64,000 bases of DNA from contig NIVC01001310.1 of NCBI GenBank assembly GCA_002269645.1, forward strand, positions 124,001-188,000. Direction: 5' to 3'. The position numbers and the translations under genes were made by a program. This document shows positions 37,313 through 51,231 of the stretch, piece by piece. Position 1 is the first letter of the stretch; each line of letters starts with the position of its first letter. Origin of the DNA: Macrostomum lignano (lineage: Eukaryota). Below the pieces are notes generated by a model, which was not told where the DNA came from, did not search any database, and saw only the letters and a list, made by a program, of their open reading frames with translations.

Positions 37313-37895
37313 TTATAAGCTAATTCTAATAGCTGGGAGAACTCGTTCACTTTGCTCTGCTGCACTCCAGCAATCAGAGAGGGACAAAAAATTGGAGCAG
37401 GCATTAGATTTATTGCGTTTCTGTCTCATTGGTTCAAAGCTCCCTCCGTTCAATATTGATACTCTGACAGAATTTGATTTGCTGCTGACCAGTATGTCTG
37501 ATTTTTATGCCAGAATTTCATGTTGGGGCATAAAACAGCAGGTTACTTTTCGAGTGTAGCTTTACATTTTCTCTTGCAGTCATGAAAACTATCTAATAGG
37601 TTATAGCTCTTTAAATATTTTTAATAAGGGCATTCGCTTAAAATGTTTCAGAACTTTGTCTTTATACGAGCGTAAATACACTTTTGAAAGTCGTGGGGCA
37701 TTTCAAAAACTCATCGTTTTGAATCGTTGAAGTGGTTGATTTTCTAGGTTAGGAAAGTAAAAAAAACTGGCTTATCGACAAAATAATTTTTCCGTCTGTA
37801 CCGACTTCGACGATGTAAAAGTTTGAGCCTATGAAAGCGACCCATTTTTTCATTCAAGCAAGTATTGTCGCCTGTATTAGTTAGTAACAGTGAAA

Positions 37896-39869
37896 TCAGT
37901 TCTGCTGACAATTTTTGGCCTCAAGCACAGCCGAGAGCCGTTCATTGTTGGCTGCCAGAAGTCGGCTGTGCCTACTCACTGGACGGCAGCAACGAAGCAC
38001 CAACTGCTCACCGCTGCTTCCCACTAGTTTCCTTATCGCCGACCGAGTTGGCGACAAAATCATCTCGGAGAACTCCGCCACCGACAATATGAGAAGGTAG
38101 CGATTCTCTGGACTGTGCTCGTGAACGTGCGTTACAACCGATGTCAGAATGCCGATCGCAAAGTTTAGAAACAGAACAGGTACAAACAGGATGTAGATCA
38201 TATGCGTGATGCTCATGTCGATTCGATCATCCGATGGTGAAAGCATGCTCGAATCGATAATGTTTAGCGACACTAGAAACGTTCGATAAAAGGCGGTGAA
38301 GAAGTTGACAGATTTTGGGCCACTATTCTCCTCCGATATTGAGGTGCTGTTTCTAACTACATAATCGCTGCTAGCAGAGAACAGGCGCACTTGAAATACG
38401 CGTGTGAAGACGCCAGTTAGTACCAAGTAGAGCATGATGAACACGTTGAATGTACCAATGCTCTTGTACATGCTGGTCATCAGGGTTGTAAGCGATGGGA
38501 CCAGTCGGAGATAGGCAACGATTAGCGATACACTAGTAAGCAGCAACAGTAGAATGCAGCAGCCGCTCACAGAGCAGATGTGATCGCCCAGCAGTCTGCA
38601 ACTGTTGCCAGTGTCCGAGTAAAGCCATAAGAGAAATGTTGAGATGGGAATAGACAGCATCCACGGCAGGAACCAAAACAGCATGTCAACGTGCGCATGC
38701 CTAGGCGCAATCGGATAGCCAACTTTTCTTCTGGAAGAAACATTGGTTAAATACCGTTATAATTAAGTGTCTCTTCAGGAGTACGAGCGTATTTAAAGTT
38801 GCTATACTTACCTGTACTGCTCTTTGCGCCAGAGACTGTAGCCGCTGGCGGCAGTTCCAAATGTAGCATAAAAGAACCAGTAAACCAAGATGATGAACAC
38901 TCCTATTGGAAATGGAAAATCCCGACCTGAACACCTGGCCTTAAGAAAATCGTTGACACCGCCGCCAACAACTGACACCGTTGCAGCGGTGAGGAAAATT
39001 ACGTTGGACAGAAGCAGCGCGGTGAAGAAGCGGTTGCGCATGTACAACACTTCGGCCCACTGCTTCCAAATAAAGCCAGTCCGGAAAATTCCAAGAGCCT
39101 TGATCTCCGCTAAAGTGCTCTGTCCGTACATGTCGACCAGGACACAAATTGGGCTAGTGAAAAAGCTGGAATCATCGCCGGTCATTTCGGACACGTCAAT
39201 GCTGACGCGTTCATTTAGTCCAGCAGCGTCGGAATTCACGACGGGGGCTGGAACGCAGAATGTCATGATGTACTCGACGTAGTTTGCCAGGCCGAGAAAC
39301 ACTCCCCAACTGAGTGGGGCCATGCCGAGCTTGCAGGTTACATTTAGCATGCGGCGTTGCTGCTCTGCCGTGAATAGAGTCTTGTGAAACAGAGCTAACA
39401 GACTTTTGCACTCTTCGGTTATGCCCGAGCCTGATGCGGAATCGGCGCTCTCGTCAGTCATGAAGCGAATCGCGCTCATCAGCACGTGATACGCCGTAAA
39501 GCCGTTATCGCTGATCCTAGAGAAGTCGACATCGGATTCGTTCATAAACCGGAGACAGCGCTGGGCATTGTAGAAGATGGCAATAAAAAACGGATTAGTA
39601 GGAAACGGATGCTTTGAGTTACCAATCGCTGATGGATGCGCAAAGTTCGATTCGCAATCAGACCAGATGGCATTAATGTCGGAGCTCTTCAGAAACTCTT
39701 TCCAATTAAAACTCTTTGAAGCTACTCGCAAGTCCTCGACATCATCGTTGGCTATACAATTGACGAATGTAAGCCACTCTTTGGGGCCCTGCAGGAAGCT
39801 TGTGATGTCGTTTTGAGTGTGCAGATCTGCCTTTGACAGTTGCCCGTTGTTAAGAATTAGCTCAAACAT
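37896..39869 (-). CDS. TRPV-like cation channel copy A, about 630 aa, 2 exons
   Basis: Exons 39869-38812 and 38730-37896 (81-bp intron, same position). Pore FYRTFLVSLNIID, S6 LFLNFAIGILTS. Confidence 0.8.
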
Positions 39870-42073
39870 TTTAAAGGATATCTGAGTGCTGCAAAACTAG
39901 TTATGAGCTACTCCTGGCTCTGTGCAGCTCAGTTTGTCGACGAGCTCCGTTATATCCACACAGCAGGCACTGACTGCTGCTCAAATGAGATTACGTCGGA
40001 TTAGCCTACATTCACTGACTCGGTACTCTCAACGCTTTTAAATTAACTCGTATTGATTCGCTGTCGTTGTGACAAATGTTATCAGAAGCGCTGGTTCGTT
40101 TAATTAAGCGAGATTAAGTAAATGAACAAGCCTATTCTCTTCATTTACAGTGCCTATCTGCAGTTTGCTAGACTAGCAATCATATTAGAGAACTGGCGGC
40201 CACCGTGTCACGTCCGATTACGCTGATAATTTACATGAATTTCAGCCAACCTTGATGAGAAATGATTATTTGTCCCAGCTTGTAGAACTACATTTCCATT
40301 AAATAGATTGGAAGTGATTTTTTGTTGTGCTTTGCAATCAGACTTTGCAATTATTCTCAAGAGAAAGAGTTCAATAATTAGATTATGGTTACTGGTATAA
40401 TAAGTTCTTGTGAATTGCATTGTTAGCGAAGCTGCACTTTTCATTTGAACGAGGGTCTAGGAGTGTGCGATTAAGTGGAGCCATTGCGACGCTCATAGCA
40501 ACGCAAGCAAACAGCGCGGTAGCTCAGAAAAACCCCATAATTGAATATCGCATTCTAATTATCAATCTTGATTCTTGAGCACTTGGCTAGCACTGATTTA
40601 TTCTCAGGTTTAATTCTAGATTATTCTTAATTGAACTTGATGCCAGAACAAGCCTTCGCAAAAAACTAAAATCTTATTAAGAGTCGAAAGTGACAAGCAA
40701 GTGCTGTGTGATAAAAGTCTAGTGCTAAGAACTTCGGGGGTGTAAGTAAGAAGAATATTGTAATCGAATTCTTGTGTTTCTGTGTTTGTAACGCCACTTT
40801 CCTTTATTTTTCACATTCTATCAATGATTGTGCATCTACAGTAAACATTATTCATTGGAATAATTGTTTCTTGCACTCTGTTCCAGAAAACATGCTCGCA
40901 TTTGGAGTTAGTCAAAAAATGAACAAATTAAAACAAATTTGCAAATAAACCAGTATTCTGCTGTAAGTAGAATGCTTGGAGGATTTCAATAGTATTGAAT
41001 AATACATGTATGTGCATTAATGCATAACAATTTATATTTAGGATGCCGGATCATGTCCTGAAGTATACGTAAAGAGCAAATTAAAAAAACAAAAGTACAT
41101 GTATATGCTACCAAATATAAGTTAGAGTCGGATCTGTTGAATTTCAAGTCTGCATTTACAATGCAGTCAAAAGCTTTTTGTTATATTTATTTATTAAACT
41201 TATAATTGAGTCTTAAATTCCTGCTTAGTTTTTAGTTACCATCACCAAATTTCACTTAGGTTTTTACTCGTATTTTTAATCAGCAGCTCGAGCAGAATCT
41301 TTAGTTTTAGTTTTCTGATGAAACAATTGACTGTTGGAATTCATGTTGAGCTTTACGATTTGATGTACGAAAAATAATGGACGCTGACAAAAGAATGTGC
41401 TACTATGGTAGACGCATCTTACCGTTCAGGTAATTAATTTAGGCATCGACAAATCTAAACGACATGCTGTAGCCCTGAGCCGCGTCACTGACAATACCAT
41501 GCTTAGTTGCCGACTTGTAGGAATCCTGTCCAGCCAGGAACTGAACTCGAAGAACTTGCTCTGGCCAAGCCTCAGCAGGCCAATTTGGACTGCAGCTTTG
41601 ACCATACACGACGTGGCTCTGTAGACTCCAAATCCATATAGAGTTTGCCTCGGCGTTCCTCTCAAGCGGATGGTGCGGCATTTGCCAATCAGATTTTGGT
41701 AGCGGCTTACGTCGTTCCCCTTCAACTCTTTGCCGCGTGGGCAATCTGGAATATGCGACATGTAGTGCTGTTAGTGGTAGTAGTCAAAGACCAGGTATGA
41801 CAAGGACGAAAAACTCGAAGCTCGTTTAATATCTTTGAAGGCCAATTTCCTAAAAAAATACACTGCGGATATCGACACTAGCAAGTGGGCAGAGTTACAG
41901 AGTTGTGACGTTGTCAGTTTAAGGTGGTCCCGAAAAGGGCCGTTGGACTGCTGTTTCTCTATAGTTTCAACCCTTCAGTTTCACCGTTTCAACTAAACTT
42001 TTCCATTTGTTTATTGCGACGTTTACTTGTAGTAGTGCCCAACGATTTTGTGGCAATTTCTAATTCACTGTAT

Positions 42074-42333
42074 GGGCCTTTTCATATTGCTTGCTCTGGT
42101 TCCAGAACCAGAACCAATTTGTGAAGTATAACTTTTTGTCTCCATAACTAGAGGGAGATACGTGCTATAAAGTTTTTATTATTGAATGACAATCGCCAAG
42201 AAGAAAGTGAAAAATTGTGCTAAGTTAGGTTGTTAAGGCAGTCAAATATTAACAGAGTTTAATAGTTATACTGCTGTTTTTCTTGGAATTCCGAACCGAT
42301 TCTGGTTCTGGAATTGGTAATATGAAAAGGCCC
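42074..42333 (-). mobile_element. 260-bp MITE (PIF/Harbinger-like), best-preserved copy 2
   Basis: Perfect 15-bp TIR GGGCCTTTTCATATT / AATATGAAAAGGCCC flanked by a 3-bp duplication TAT. Confidence 0.82.
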
Positions 42334-45115
42334 TATATTTTACTATCCTCTCTCGCGACCGTATAAAATTGGCACGATCGATAATTTCAAGTTCTCTCGC
42401 CAGCCAATGAAAACTCTCCGTGTTTGCGCTACCCCCTTTTTCGCTCTTTATTAGCCCCCCCCCGTCTGGCGGCGGGCTGGTTTTTCACCTTTCTTTCTTT
42501 CCTTCGTTCTGTGCTTGTCTGTTCTTCGCGGCTCTTGTTTTCCTTCTCCTGCCTTCTGTCTGCCGCCTTATCTCTCGCCACGGCTCCGCTGTCTGGGCCA
42601 GCCTGTTTACACTGCCACTGTCTGCCACGGCTAACGCCAATCTCACCACTACGCATCTGCCTCTTCTGTGCTCATCGCCGCTACTCACCACGTTGCATCG
42701 CCCTGCATCAATCGCCTACCACTCGACTACAATTTCTAATTCACCTTCAATTCAAAACCATTGTTGCAGCCGCCAGTGCCCCAAAAGTACAATAAGTTCT
42801 GTATTAACGTTAACCAAATTTGAATATTGATTTAAACAATAAACAACTACGACAGTTACCTGCCTTGTATGCCAAGTGCTCCGCTACACAATCCGCTTCT
42901 CAAGACTTGACTCGATTCATTTTGGGACTACGACTTACGGCAACTCTCGTAAAACGGCCCTTCTAAGGGTCATAGCCTCAACACCAATAATCGTGACAGA
43001 GTCAATGAGCGTGACTGTAGCGTTCATTTTTTTAAATGCCCCTAAGCTGCCTGCAAATTGTGATCAAGGATTCTGTACCAAAGCGCTGCAGAAGATTCGT
43101 ACGCATGCGAGTACATGATATGCAAACTGTATAATGTACATGTATACTTACAAAAGGCCGAATGTTTCACTGATGACGAACGCAGCAAGGACAAACGCAA
43201 CCAGTAGAATTCTCATTTTGACGTGTTGGGTAATCGGATATGAAAAGACCAGACCGGAACACTATATTGCTCTAGTATAGATCTCTGACTTCATAGTACA
43301 GATAAAATGGTTGCTAAGCTTTATAGACAATCATTTTGGTTATGGGGTTGGTGGGTTTTTGAAAAATTATCTTGTCAAATGGAGTGCCGCCATGTCTGTC
43401 GATATAGTCTAGGTGGAATCCAGTAATCGTACTACTTCAATGAATCTTGAATACTCCTGACAACAATCCCCCTGACTTCTAATGCAAAACTATATAATAA
43501 AATGCGAAAGCAGTAGACAGCGATATTGCAGAGCACAACAACAACCTACTGTCCTGTATGCGAAGAGTACAAAATACGAGTATATTTTGCTAATATAAAC
43601 AATTCTAATGAAGCGAAAAAACTATGTGATTGTGATGCGATGAGTAAGCAAGTGCATGGATGATCGCGAGCTAAAAAACTAGAGATTAAAAAATAAAACG
43701 CACATAAGCGAGACAAGGCGAGGCTGGCACAATACACGGCCCCCACTACCACCCATCCCCGACAGGCCGCGACGCACCCATCCAACCCCAGACCAAAGAA
43801 CACGACGGGGACCCCTAACGGTCCCGGCCCCTCAAACACATCAGCGGCCAGCAGCGATTGACCAGCCAATCTACACTAGCTTGGTACTAACTACTAAGTA
43901 GTAATAGTACAGTTGTAATAGTACATGTTCATGATGTTAATCCTGAAGGTCGGCGGCAAGCGATAGAGTCACTCTCGATCTGTCGACAAATTGGAAACCC
44001 TGATCTGCTAAAATCAATAGGCGGTAAGCAAAAGCCCCCTGGTTATGGATTTTTCTTTATTCTCATTCTTGATTCCGATATCTTGAAGTCTCAAAGTAGG
44101 CTCCAAGTAAGTATCTAACTCAATATTTACATGAAATCATTGTACGGTCGCGAGCCATATCCGAGTTTAACATTTTAAATCTTTCGTCATTTCTATTTTC
44201 GTATATAAAGTGAAGCTGTTTGTTTGCGCAAAAATATGCTTTTAGATACGAGTTTGAATTAACTTCGAAACTAAAACATGTAATTGTATGAAAGCTTTTA
44301 AATTTTTGGTTTAATTGGTACATCCAAGAAACAAACCAAAGTTTAAACGTGATGAGAAATTTTTTGGTAAAATTATAAAAAAAACTACGAGCTAGCCTGC
44401 GAGAGTTTCCGACACGAATCTGTTTTTGACCTTAACTTACGACTGGTTTGACTGCGTACTAACTTGACTGATTTATTTCAAATGTTTAATTGAATTTATG
44501 AAGTAGGCTTTTGATTTTAGTTTTGTTTTAAAATATGTAAAAACGAGGCGTACAGTTGTACTTAGCGCAAAGAGTTTTAAGTTTTAACATTATTTTACAT
44601 AGTTGGCGTACATTTAGAAAAGTCACAAGTATATAAACCTTTGAGATTTAGTTTATAGGGCTTTTTGATGGCAGGATACTTTCATTTGTATAGTATAGAT
44701 TACAAAATACAATAGGCCTACAAATACAATGGCTTCTATTTTTATTGCAGCATGGTTTTATTTCGGAGGAAAAATAGATAAGATAGCACTATTGCCTTAG
44801 TCTAGATTGTGTAATAATGCACATTTTATGGCAATTTTTTCTAATATATTTTAGGCCTAATGATGTAATAAAACAACTATAATAATGTTAGGAACTCTAT
44901 TAGGGCCTATGCTATAATAGAAGTTACTGCAATGTTTGTTGCTAATATGACTTGTTGCTAAAATATCTGTCATTGAAGCTTCTTGTCACCAGTGTCTAGA
45001 AACCTATGGCTATGACAGTTACTATATGCCTATCTACTATTTAGCACAGGCAGACAAATTGTCCACTGGCCATTTGCCTAGGGTAGACAAATAGTCTGGT
45101 AGACAAACAATCCTT

Positions 45116-45374
45116 GGCCCTTTTCATATTACCAATTCCAGAACCAGAATCGGTTCGAAATTCCAAGAAAAATAGCAGTATAACTATTTAACTGTTAATA
45201 TTTGACTGCCTTAACAACCTCACTTAGCACAATTTTTCACTTTTTTCGTGGTGATTGTCATTCAATAATATAAACTTTATAGCACATATCTTCTTCTAGT
45301 TATGGAGACAAAAAGTTATACTTCACAAATTGGTTCTTGTTCTGGAACTAGAAAAAGCAATAGGAAAAGGCCCC
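45116..45374 (+). mobile_element. 260-bp MITE copy 3
   Basis: GGCCCTTTTCATATTACC...AATAGGAAAAGGCCC; the interior matches the reverse complement of 42074-42333. Confidence 0.82.
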
Positions 45375-47121
45375 TAGATCCATTAGAGAAATGCTATTTT
45401 TTGAAAACCCACATAAGCCTAGGCCTATAACAGTCTCAAATATGACAACTTTGGCATTTTTGTGACTTTTTGGCTGTGGTGTTTTGCCAAATAACCAAAT
45501 TGGCCAACTTGGCTAGGTCTAGATATTATACATAGGTGTATACATAGGCAGATCAAATCCATAATGTCAAAAGTTGATAGACCAAGGTCAAGGACCAAGA
45601 CCAAAACCAATATTAAAAAAAATGGTGTGCCAATATACAGAGTACACCAAAAAAACTTTTAGATTTTTTGATATATATTATGTATATGTCACATGACCAA
45701 GATGTCCATACACCAAAATGGCCATAGTTCTAAATGTCTAAATAGATAATTTAATAAGTCTAGGTCTAGGCCTATATATTTCACTCATTTCCTATTTGTA
45801 GTAATTTGTATTAGGTATAGATCTTTAAGTCTTAAAAAGAAAAATAGAATTATATTGTATTTTAATAATTTCTTTTTGGCTTTAGCTTTTATTGTAGCCT
45901 GGCCTATAGATATTTATCTGCTAAATAAAGCAAGTAGCCTAGTAGCATAAAATAAATACCTTGTTGCATATTGATCATTTTGTTATACATGTATAGCATT
46001 ACTAGTACCACTAGCACTAGCAATGGTTTCTTGATAAACTGATAGTAATAGATTTGATACTGATAAATATAAGATAAAGAATAAATTGGCACAAGCACTG
46101 AAAAATATTAATGGTTTTATATTATTGGTCATTAGTTTTAAATCTATTATTATATTAGTATTGATAAATATGATTGATTAACATAATAATAAATACAATA
46201 ATAGCTCTAAAATTGCTAATTAATAATAGAAAAAGAGTAGATACAATAGCGATTCAATATTTTGGCCATCTTGGTATATGGCTATCTTGGTCTTACACTA
46301 TATACATAATAGTAAACTGTTGAAAACCTAGTTGCATATAATAATTTTTCCAAAAAACAGTATCTTTGAGAATATGTATGCCATGTCTTTATAGTTAATT
46401 TTATTCTAGTTTGTAGTTGATCTTTTCTTCCTAAATATCTTGACAGATTATAATAAAAATATTGCTAGAATTGTCTAATAGATTAGAATGCAGTTAGGCC
46501 TAAATTGCTTTTGTCTTATAGGTGAGAGTAGTTTTATTAAAACATTTTTTTCCATGAGCCATTTTGTGTATCTAGGGTTTGACTAGGTATTATAGTCTAT
46601 AAGGAATTGATATATTTGGTAGGATTAAGTCTAATGCATTTAAGAAAAGTGCAAAGCCATGATCTATTACTTACTATTTAGTGCATCAGAAAGTTCTTAT
46701 GGTTTTACTAACATATCTCACAAAGCAGCTCACAATAGCACCAACAAGCTTAAGTATCTAAATAGTGTCTGACTAGTGCTTTTGCATTTTTATTTAAATA
46801 GAAAAGTCTGCTTTTTCATTTAAGGCAATATAGCCCTTGGCAAATTTCTAAACCATGGTCTAGGAAAAGTTGAACCTTGCTATAAAGAAAGTCAGAGTGA
46901 ACATTTTGTCTTTTGTTTTAGTCTATTTACTTGGAGAAATATCTTCTTTATTTATAACATTTTGCCTTTTTGTTAAGCTTTAGTGGCATTTTATTATTCT
47001 AGAGATAGAATAGGATCTATAATCCTAGCAAAAGTTAAATTTATAATTTTACTTGATCCTAAAATTTTTGATCTAATCTAATTTTAGTCTACATTTTACC
47101 ATTAATTATAATACAATAAAG

Positions 47122-47485
47122 CAAGGGTTGACAAATTACCCCAATGGCCAGATAGACAATCTAGAAAATGACGATCACATAGATACCTACCAACAAACTA
47201 TTTTTAATATATGGATGGCAGGCCAGAGAAATAGAGAAAAGAGGGAATAGAGAAAGAGACAAAATAAGAGATGAGAAGAGAGATGAGAGGAAAGAAGAGA
47301 AGAGAATGGATTAAAAGGAAGGATATTAGTAAGAAAAGAGCTGAGAAGATGCAAACTAAACCTTAAGCAGGCTAGATTGCTATTGTGTCTTAGCCAGATT
47401 GATAATCTTTAAAGGGCCCCAGAAAGGTTTTGGAAAGGCTTTGGAGGCTGCATGTTGTCTGCGGGCCAAAGTTTGCTAATCCCTG
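47122..47485 (+). mobile_element. hAT-like MITE copy 1
   Basis: CAAGGGTTGACAAATT...AAGTTTGCTAATCCCTG; 8-bp flanks CAATAAAG / CAATAGAG (7/8 match); AG-rich interior. Confidence 0.7.
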
Positions 47486-47561
47486 CAATAGAGCAATAAT
47501 TTTTAGTATATTTGATTGAAGATTTCCTTCTGTTTTTTTTACATAGAAATCCTCTTTTACT

Positions 47562-49248
47562 ATGGTATAAAATTGTACACTAGAGTCTATTTTACCACTA
47601 TAATAACCTCAAAGTTATTTTCACTCGCTTCAGGGCGTCTCAGACTACTTCAACGACCTATTTAAGGACAATCCGTACTTTGGCGCCGGTTTCGGCCTAG
47701 CCGGAGTAGGAGTTGGCCTCACCGCGCTGCGTCGTGGCGCACAATTGGGCGCTATTTTTTTGCGGCGTCGCTACACGGCCACGCTTGAAGTGCCCAGCCA
47801 CGATCCCAGCTATGCTTGGCTGCTGCAGTGGATCACTAAGCGGGTTGGCAATTGTCAGCATGTTAGCGTGCAGACTGCGCTGGAACAGAGCGACAGTGGC
47901 CGGATAATTACTAAGTGAGGAGAGAGTAGATAAGGAGAGTAGAGACTAGATAAGGATAAGAGATGGTAGATATGAAGGGAGAGAGTAGATAAGGAGAGTA
48001 GTAGAGACTAGATAAGGATAAGAGATGGTAGATATGAAGGGAGAGAGTAGATAAGGAGAGTAGAGACCAGATAAGGATAAGAGATGGTAGATATGAAGGG
48101 AGAGAGTAGATAAGGAGAGTAGAGACTAGATAAGGATAAGAGATGGTAGATATGAAGGGAGAGAGTAGATAAGGAGAGTAGAGACCAGATAAGGATAAGA
48201 GATGGTAGATATGAAGGGAGAGAGTAGATAAGGAGAGCTCACTAGATAAGGATAAGAGATGGTAGATATGAAGGGAGAGAGTAGATAAGGAGAGCTCACT
48301 AGATAAGGATAAGAGATGGTAGATAAGAAAGGAGAGTTGAGAGTAGATAAGGAGGATGGAGAGTAGATAAGAATAGGAGATGGTAGATATGAAGGGAAAT
48401 AGTAGATAAGGAGGTTAGAGAGTAGATAAGGATAGGAGAGAGTAGATAAGGATAGGAGAGAGTAGATAAGGATAGGAGAGAGTAGATAAGGATAGGAGAG
48501 AGTAGATAAGGATAGGAGAGAGTAGATAAGGATAGGAGAGAGTGGATAAGGATAGGAGAGAGTGGATAAGGATAGGAGAGAGTGGATAAGGATAGGAGAG
48601 AGTAGATAATGATAGGAGAGAGTAGATAATATGTGAGAGAGTAGATAAGAAAATGAAAGAGTAGGTAAAGAAGGGACAGTATATGATAGGGAGGGATAAG
48701 TTAAGAGTGGAGAGATAACAGTAGGAAGAGAAACGCATATTAAAGACTGTCCTTTCACCAACAACAGGAGCTCCTACCTGCCGAGCGTTGGCAATCATTT
48801 CTTTCGCTACGGCGGCACCTGGATTAGAGTTGAGCGCAATCGCGAAGCCCAGATGCGTCGAGAGCGAACGGGCGAAACGTCGCCATTCGAATCGGTTCGA
48901 CTGACGGCCATCGGGCGCGGTCGGGGCGTCTTCGATCGGGTGCTGGACGAGGCCAGGGAGATGGCTTTCCAGGCTAGGGAGGGCTGGACTGTGGTGTACA
49001 AGGCCAGGGGCGCCGAGTGGGAGCCGTTCGGCTATCCCAGGCGGAGGCGGCCGGTTGAATCCGTGAGTCTGTGTTTGTCTGTCTGTCTGCCTGTCTGTCT
49101 GTCTGCCTGTCTGTCTGCCTGTCTGTCTGTCTGCCTGTCTGTCTGCCTGTCTGTCTGCCTGTCTGTCTGCCGGTCTGTCTGTCTGCCTGTCTGTCTGCCT
49201 GTCTGTCTGTCTGCCTGTCTGTCTGTCTGTCTGCCTGTCTGTCTGCCG

Positions 49249-49284
<36 letters not shown>

Positions 49285-49568
49285 GCCGGTCTGTCTGTCT
49301 GCCTGTCTGTCTGTCTGTCTGCCTGCCTGTCTGCCGGTCTGTCTGTCTGTCTGTCTGTCTGCCTGTCTGTCTGTCTGTCTGTCTGCCTGTCTGTCTGCCT
49401 GTCTGTCTGCCGGTCTGTCTGTATTTCTGTCTGTCTGCCTGCCTGTCTGTCTGTCTGTCTGTCTGTCTGCCTGTCTGTTTGTCTGTCTGTCTGCCTGTCT
49501 GTCTGCCGGTCTGTCTGTCTTTCTGTCTGTCTGCCTGTCTGCCTGTCTGTCTGCCGGTCTGTCTGCCG

Positions 49569-49604
<36 letters not shown>

Positions 49605-49934
49605 GCCGGTCTGTCTGTCTGCCTGTCTGTCTGTCTGTCTGCCTGCCTGTCTGCCGGTCTGTCTGTCTGTCTGTCTGTCTGCCTGTCTGTCTGTCTGTCT
49701 GTCTGTCTGCCTGTCTGTCTGCCTGTCTGTCTGCCGGTCTGTCTGTATTTCTGTCTGTCTGCCTGCCTGTCTGTCTGTCTGTCTGTCTGTCTGCCTGTCT
49801 GTTTGTCTGTCTGCCTGTCTGTCTGCCGGTCTGTCTGTCTTTCTGTCTGTCTGCCTGTCTGCCTGTCTGTCTGCCGGTCTGTCTGTCTTTCTGTCTGTCT
49901 GCCTGTCTGCCGTCTTTCTGTCTGTCTGCCTGCC

Positions 49935-49998
<64 letters not shown>

Positions 49999-51014
49999 CA
50001 GACATTCAGGTATTGCTTTTGAACCAGCTTTTACCTGCAGATCGATGCTAAAAGTTATAATATTATGATAGCGTTTAGATTAACGCATTTAGTTGGATAA
50101 TTGAATAGACGCGGGTTGGAGTCCCGGTTTCTAATGCCTGATTATTTGTAATTCAGTATCCGGAAAGGAACTGGGAAAAATTAGTCACTCACTATAAGCT
50201 ACATTACTCTCTCCCATTTTCCTTTATCCCCTCTCCTCACGCTAAAGTCCACCTGATAATCCATTGCTCAACAAATGCATAACCGCAGGTGATTCTTGCA
50301 GCTGGCCAAGCCGAATCGCTCCTGGCTGACATCAGGGAGTTCCAATCCAGCCAGCGCTGGTACACGGACCGCGGAGTCCCCTACCGACGCGGATACCTGC
50401 TGCACGGGCCGCCCGGCTGCGGCAAGACCAGCTTCATCACAGCTTTGGCCGGCTCTCTCCAGTGCTCAATCTGCATGCTGAACCTGGGCGAATACGGCTT
50501 AGACGATGCCCGCCTGGACCACCTGTTGAATCACGCGCCGCCTCAGTCTGTTCTGCTACTAGAGGATGTCGATGCCGCTCTGGCTGCCCAAGCTAGATTA
50601 GCCGAGTCGCCTAGCCGGTACTCCGGCATGCCCGGGATCAGCCTGACCGGCCTGTTGAACACCTTAGACGGGGTGACGTCATCTGAGGGCCGGCTGCTGT
50701 TTATGACCACTAATTACCCGGAGCGGCTGGACCCGGCTCTGACCCGGCCAGGTCGAGTTGACCTCTACGTCCGAATTGGCTACTGCAGCCGAGATCAGCT
50801 GGTCCGAATGTTTGCCAGGTTTTATCCCGAGGCCGGTATGGAAGCGGCTAAAGAATTTGCTAATAAATTATTAATTAGCGATTCAATTGATTGCGTTGAA
50901 AGCGCTAGAATTAGTCCGGCTAAAGTGCAAGGACATTTTCTAATGCACAAATCGGATTGGAAAGCGGCTTTGGATTCGGCTACTGACTGCCTGACTGTTG
51001 CTGAGGCTGCTTGA
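47562..51014 (+). CDS. BCS1L: Mitochondrial AAA chaperone BCS1, about 434 aa
   Basis: Exons 47562-47564 (ATG only, tentative), 47634-47914, 48768-49062 and 50289-51014. [36 protein letters not shown], Walker A GPPGCGKT, Walker [20 protein letters not shown]. Confidence 0.96.
47921..48640. repeat. Purine-rich compound array in BCS1 intron (longer unit, then 20-bp GAGAGAGTAGATAAGGATAG)
   Basis: Direct reading; begins right after the donor. Confidence 0.93.
49067..49998. repeat. (GTCT)n/(GCCT)n compound microsatellite, about 930 bp, BCS1 intron
   Basis: Direct reading; begins immediately after the GTGA of the donor. Confidence 0.98.
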
Positions 51015-51231
51015 ATGCTTGAAATTGTAAATTTGGCATTTAATATTCTGGCCGCTTAAGTGCTGAATTAGTTCAATTGTAGCATAATTAATTAGTTAAA
51101 TATAATATAAGAACATATTTAAAGTTGAGTGATTTATGTGATTTATAAAATAGTAACATTTTCCTTGTCCTAGATCCCCTTTGCTTTCATTGTTTACTAA
51201 TAGTTTCAAGTTTTTAAAGCGTATGAGATTC

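Noticed and set aside
41426-41761. Possible Ty1/Copia RT-RNase H relic (DVSRYQNLIGK, GTPRQTLYGFGV, IVSDAA)
   Set aside because: The resemblance is weak and spread over frames; it needs a tBLASTn/HMM hit to be claimed.
48974-50051. QTDR / SVCL repeat ORFs of more than 300 aa
   Set aside because: Tetranucleotide microsatellite inside a BCS1 intron.
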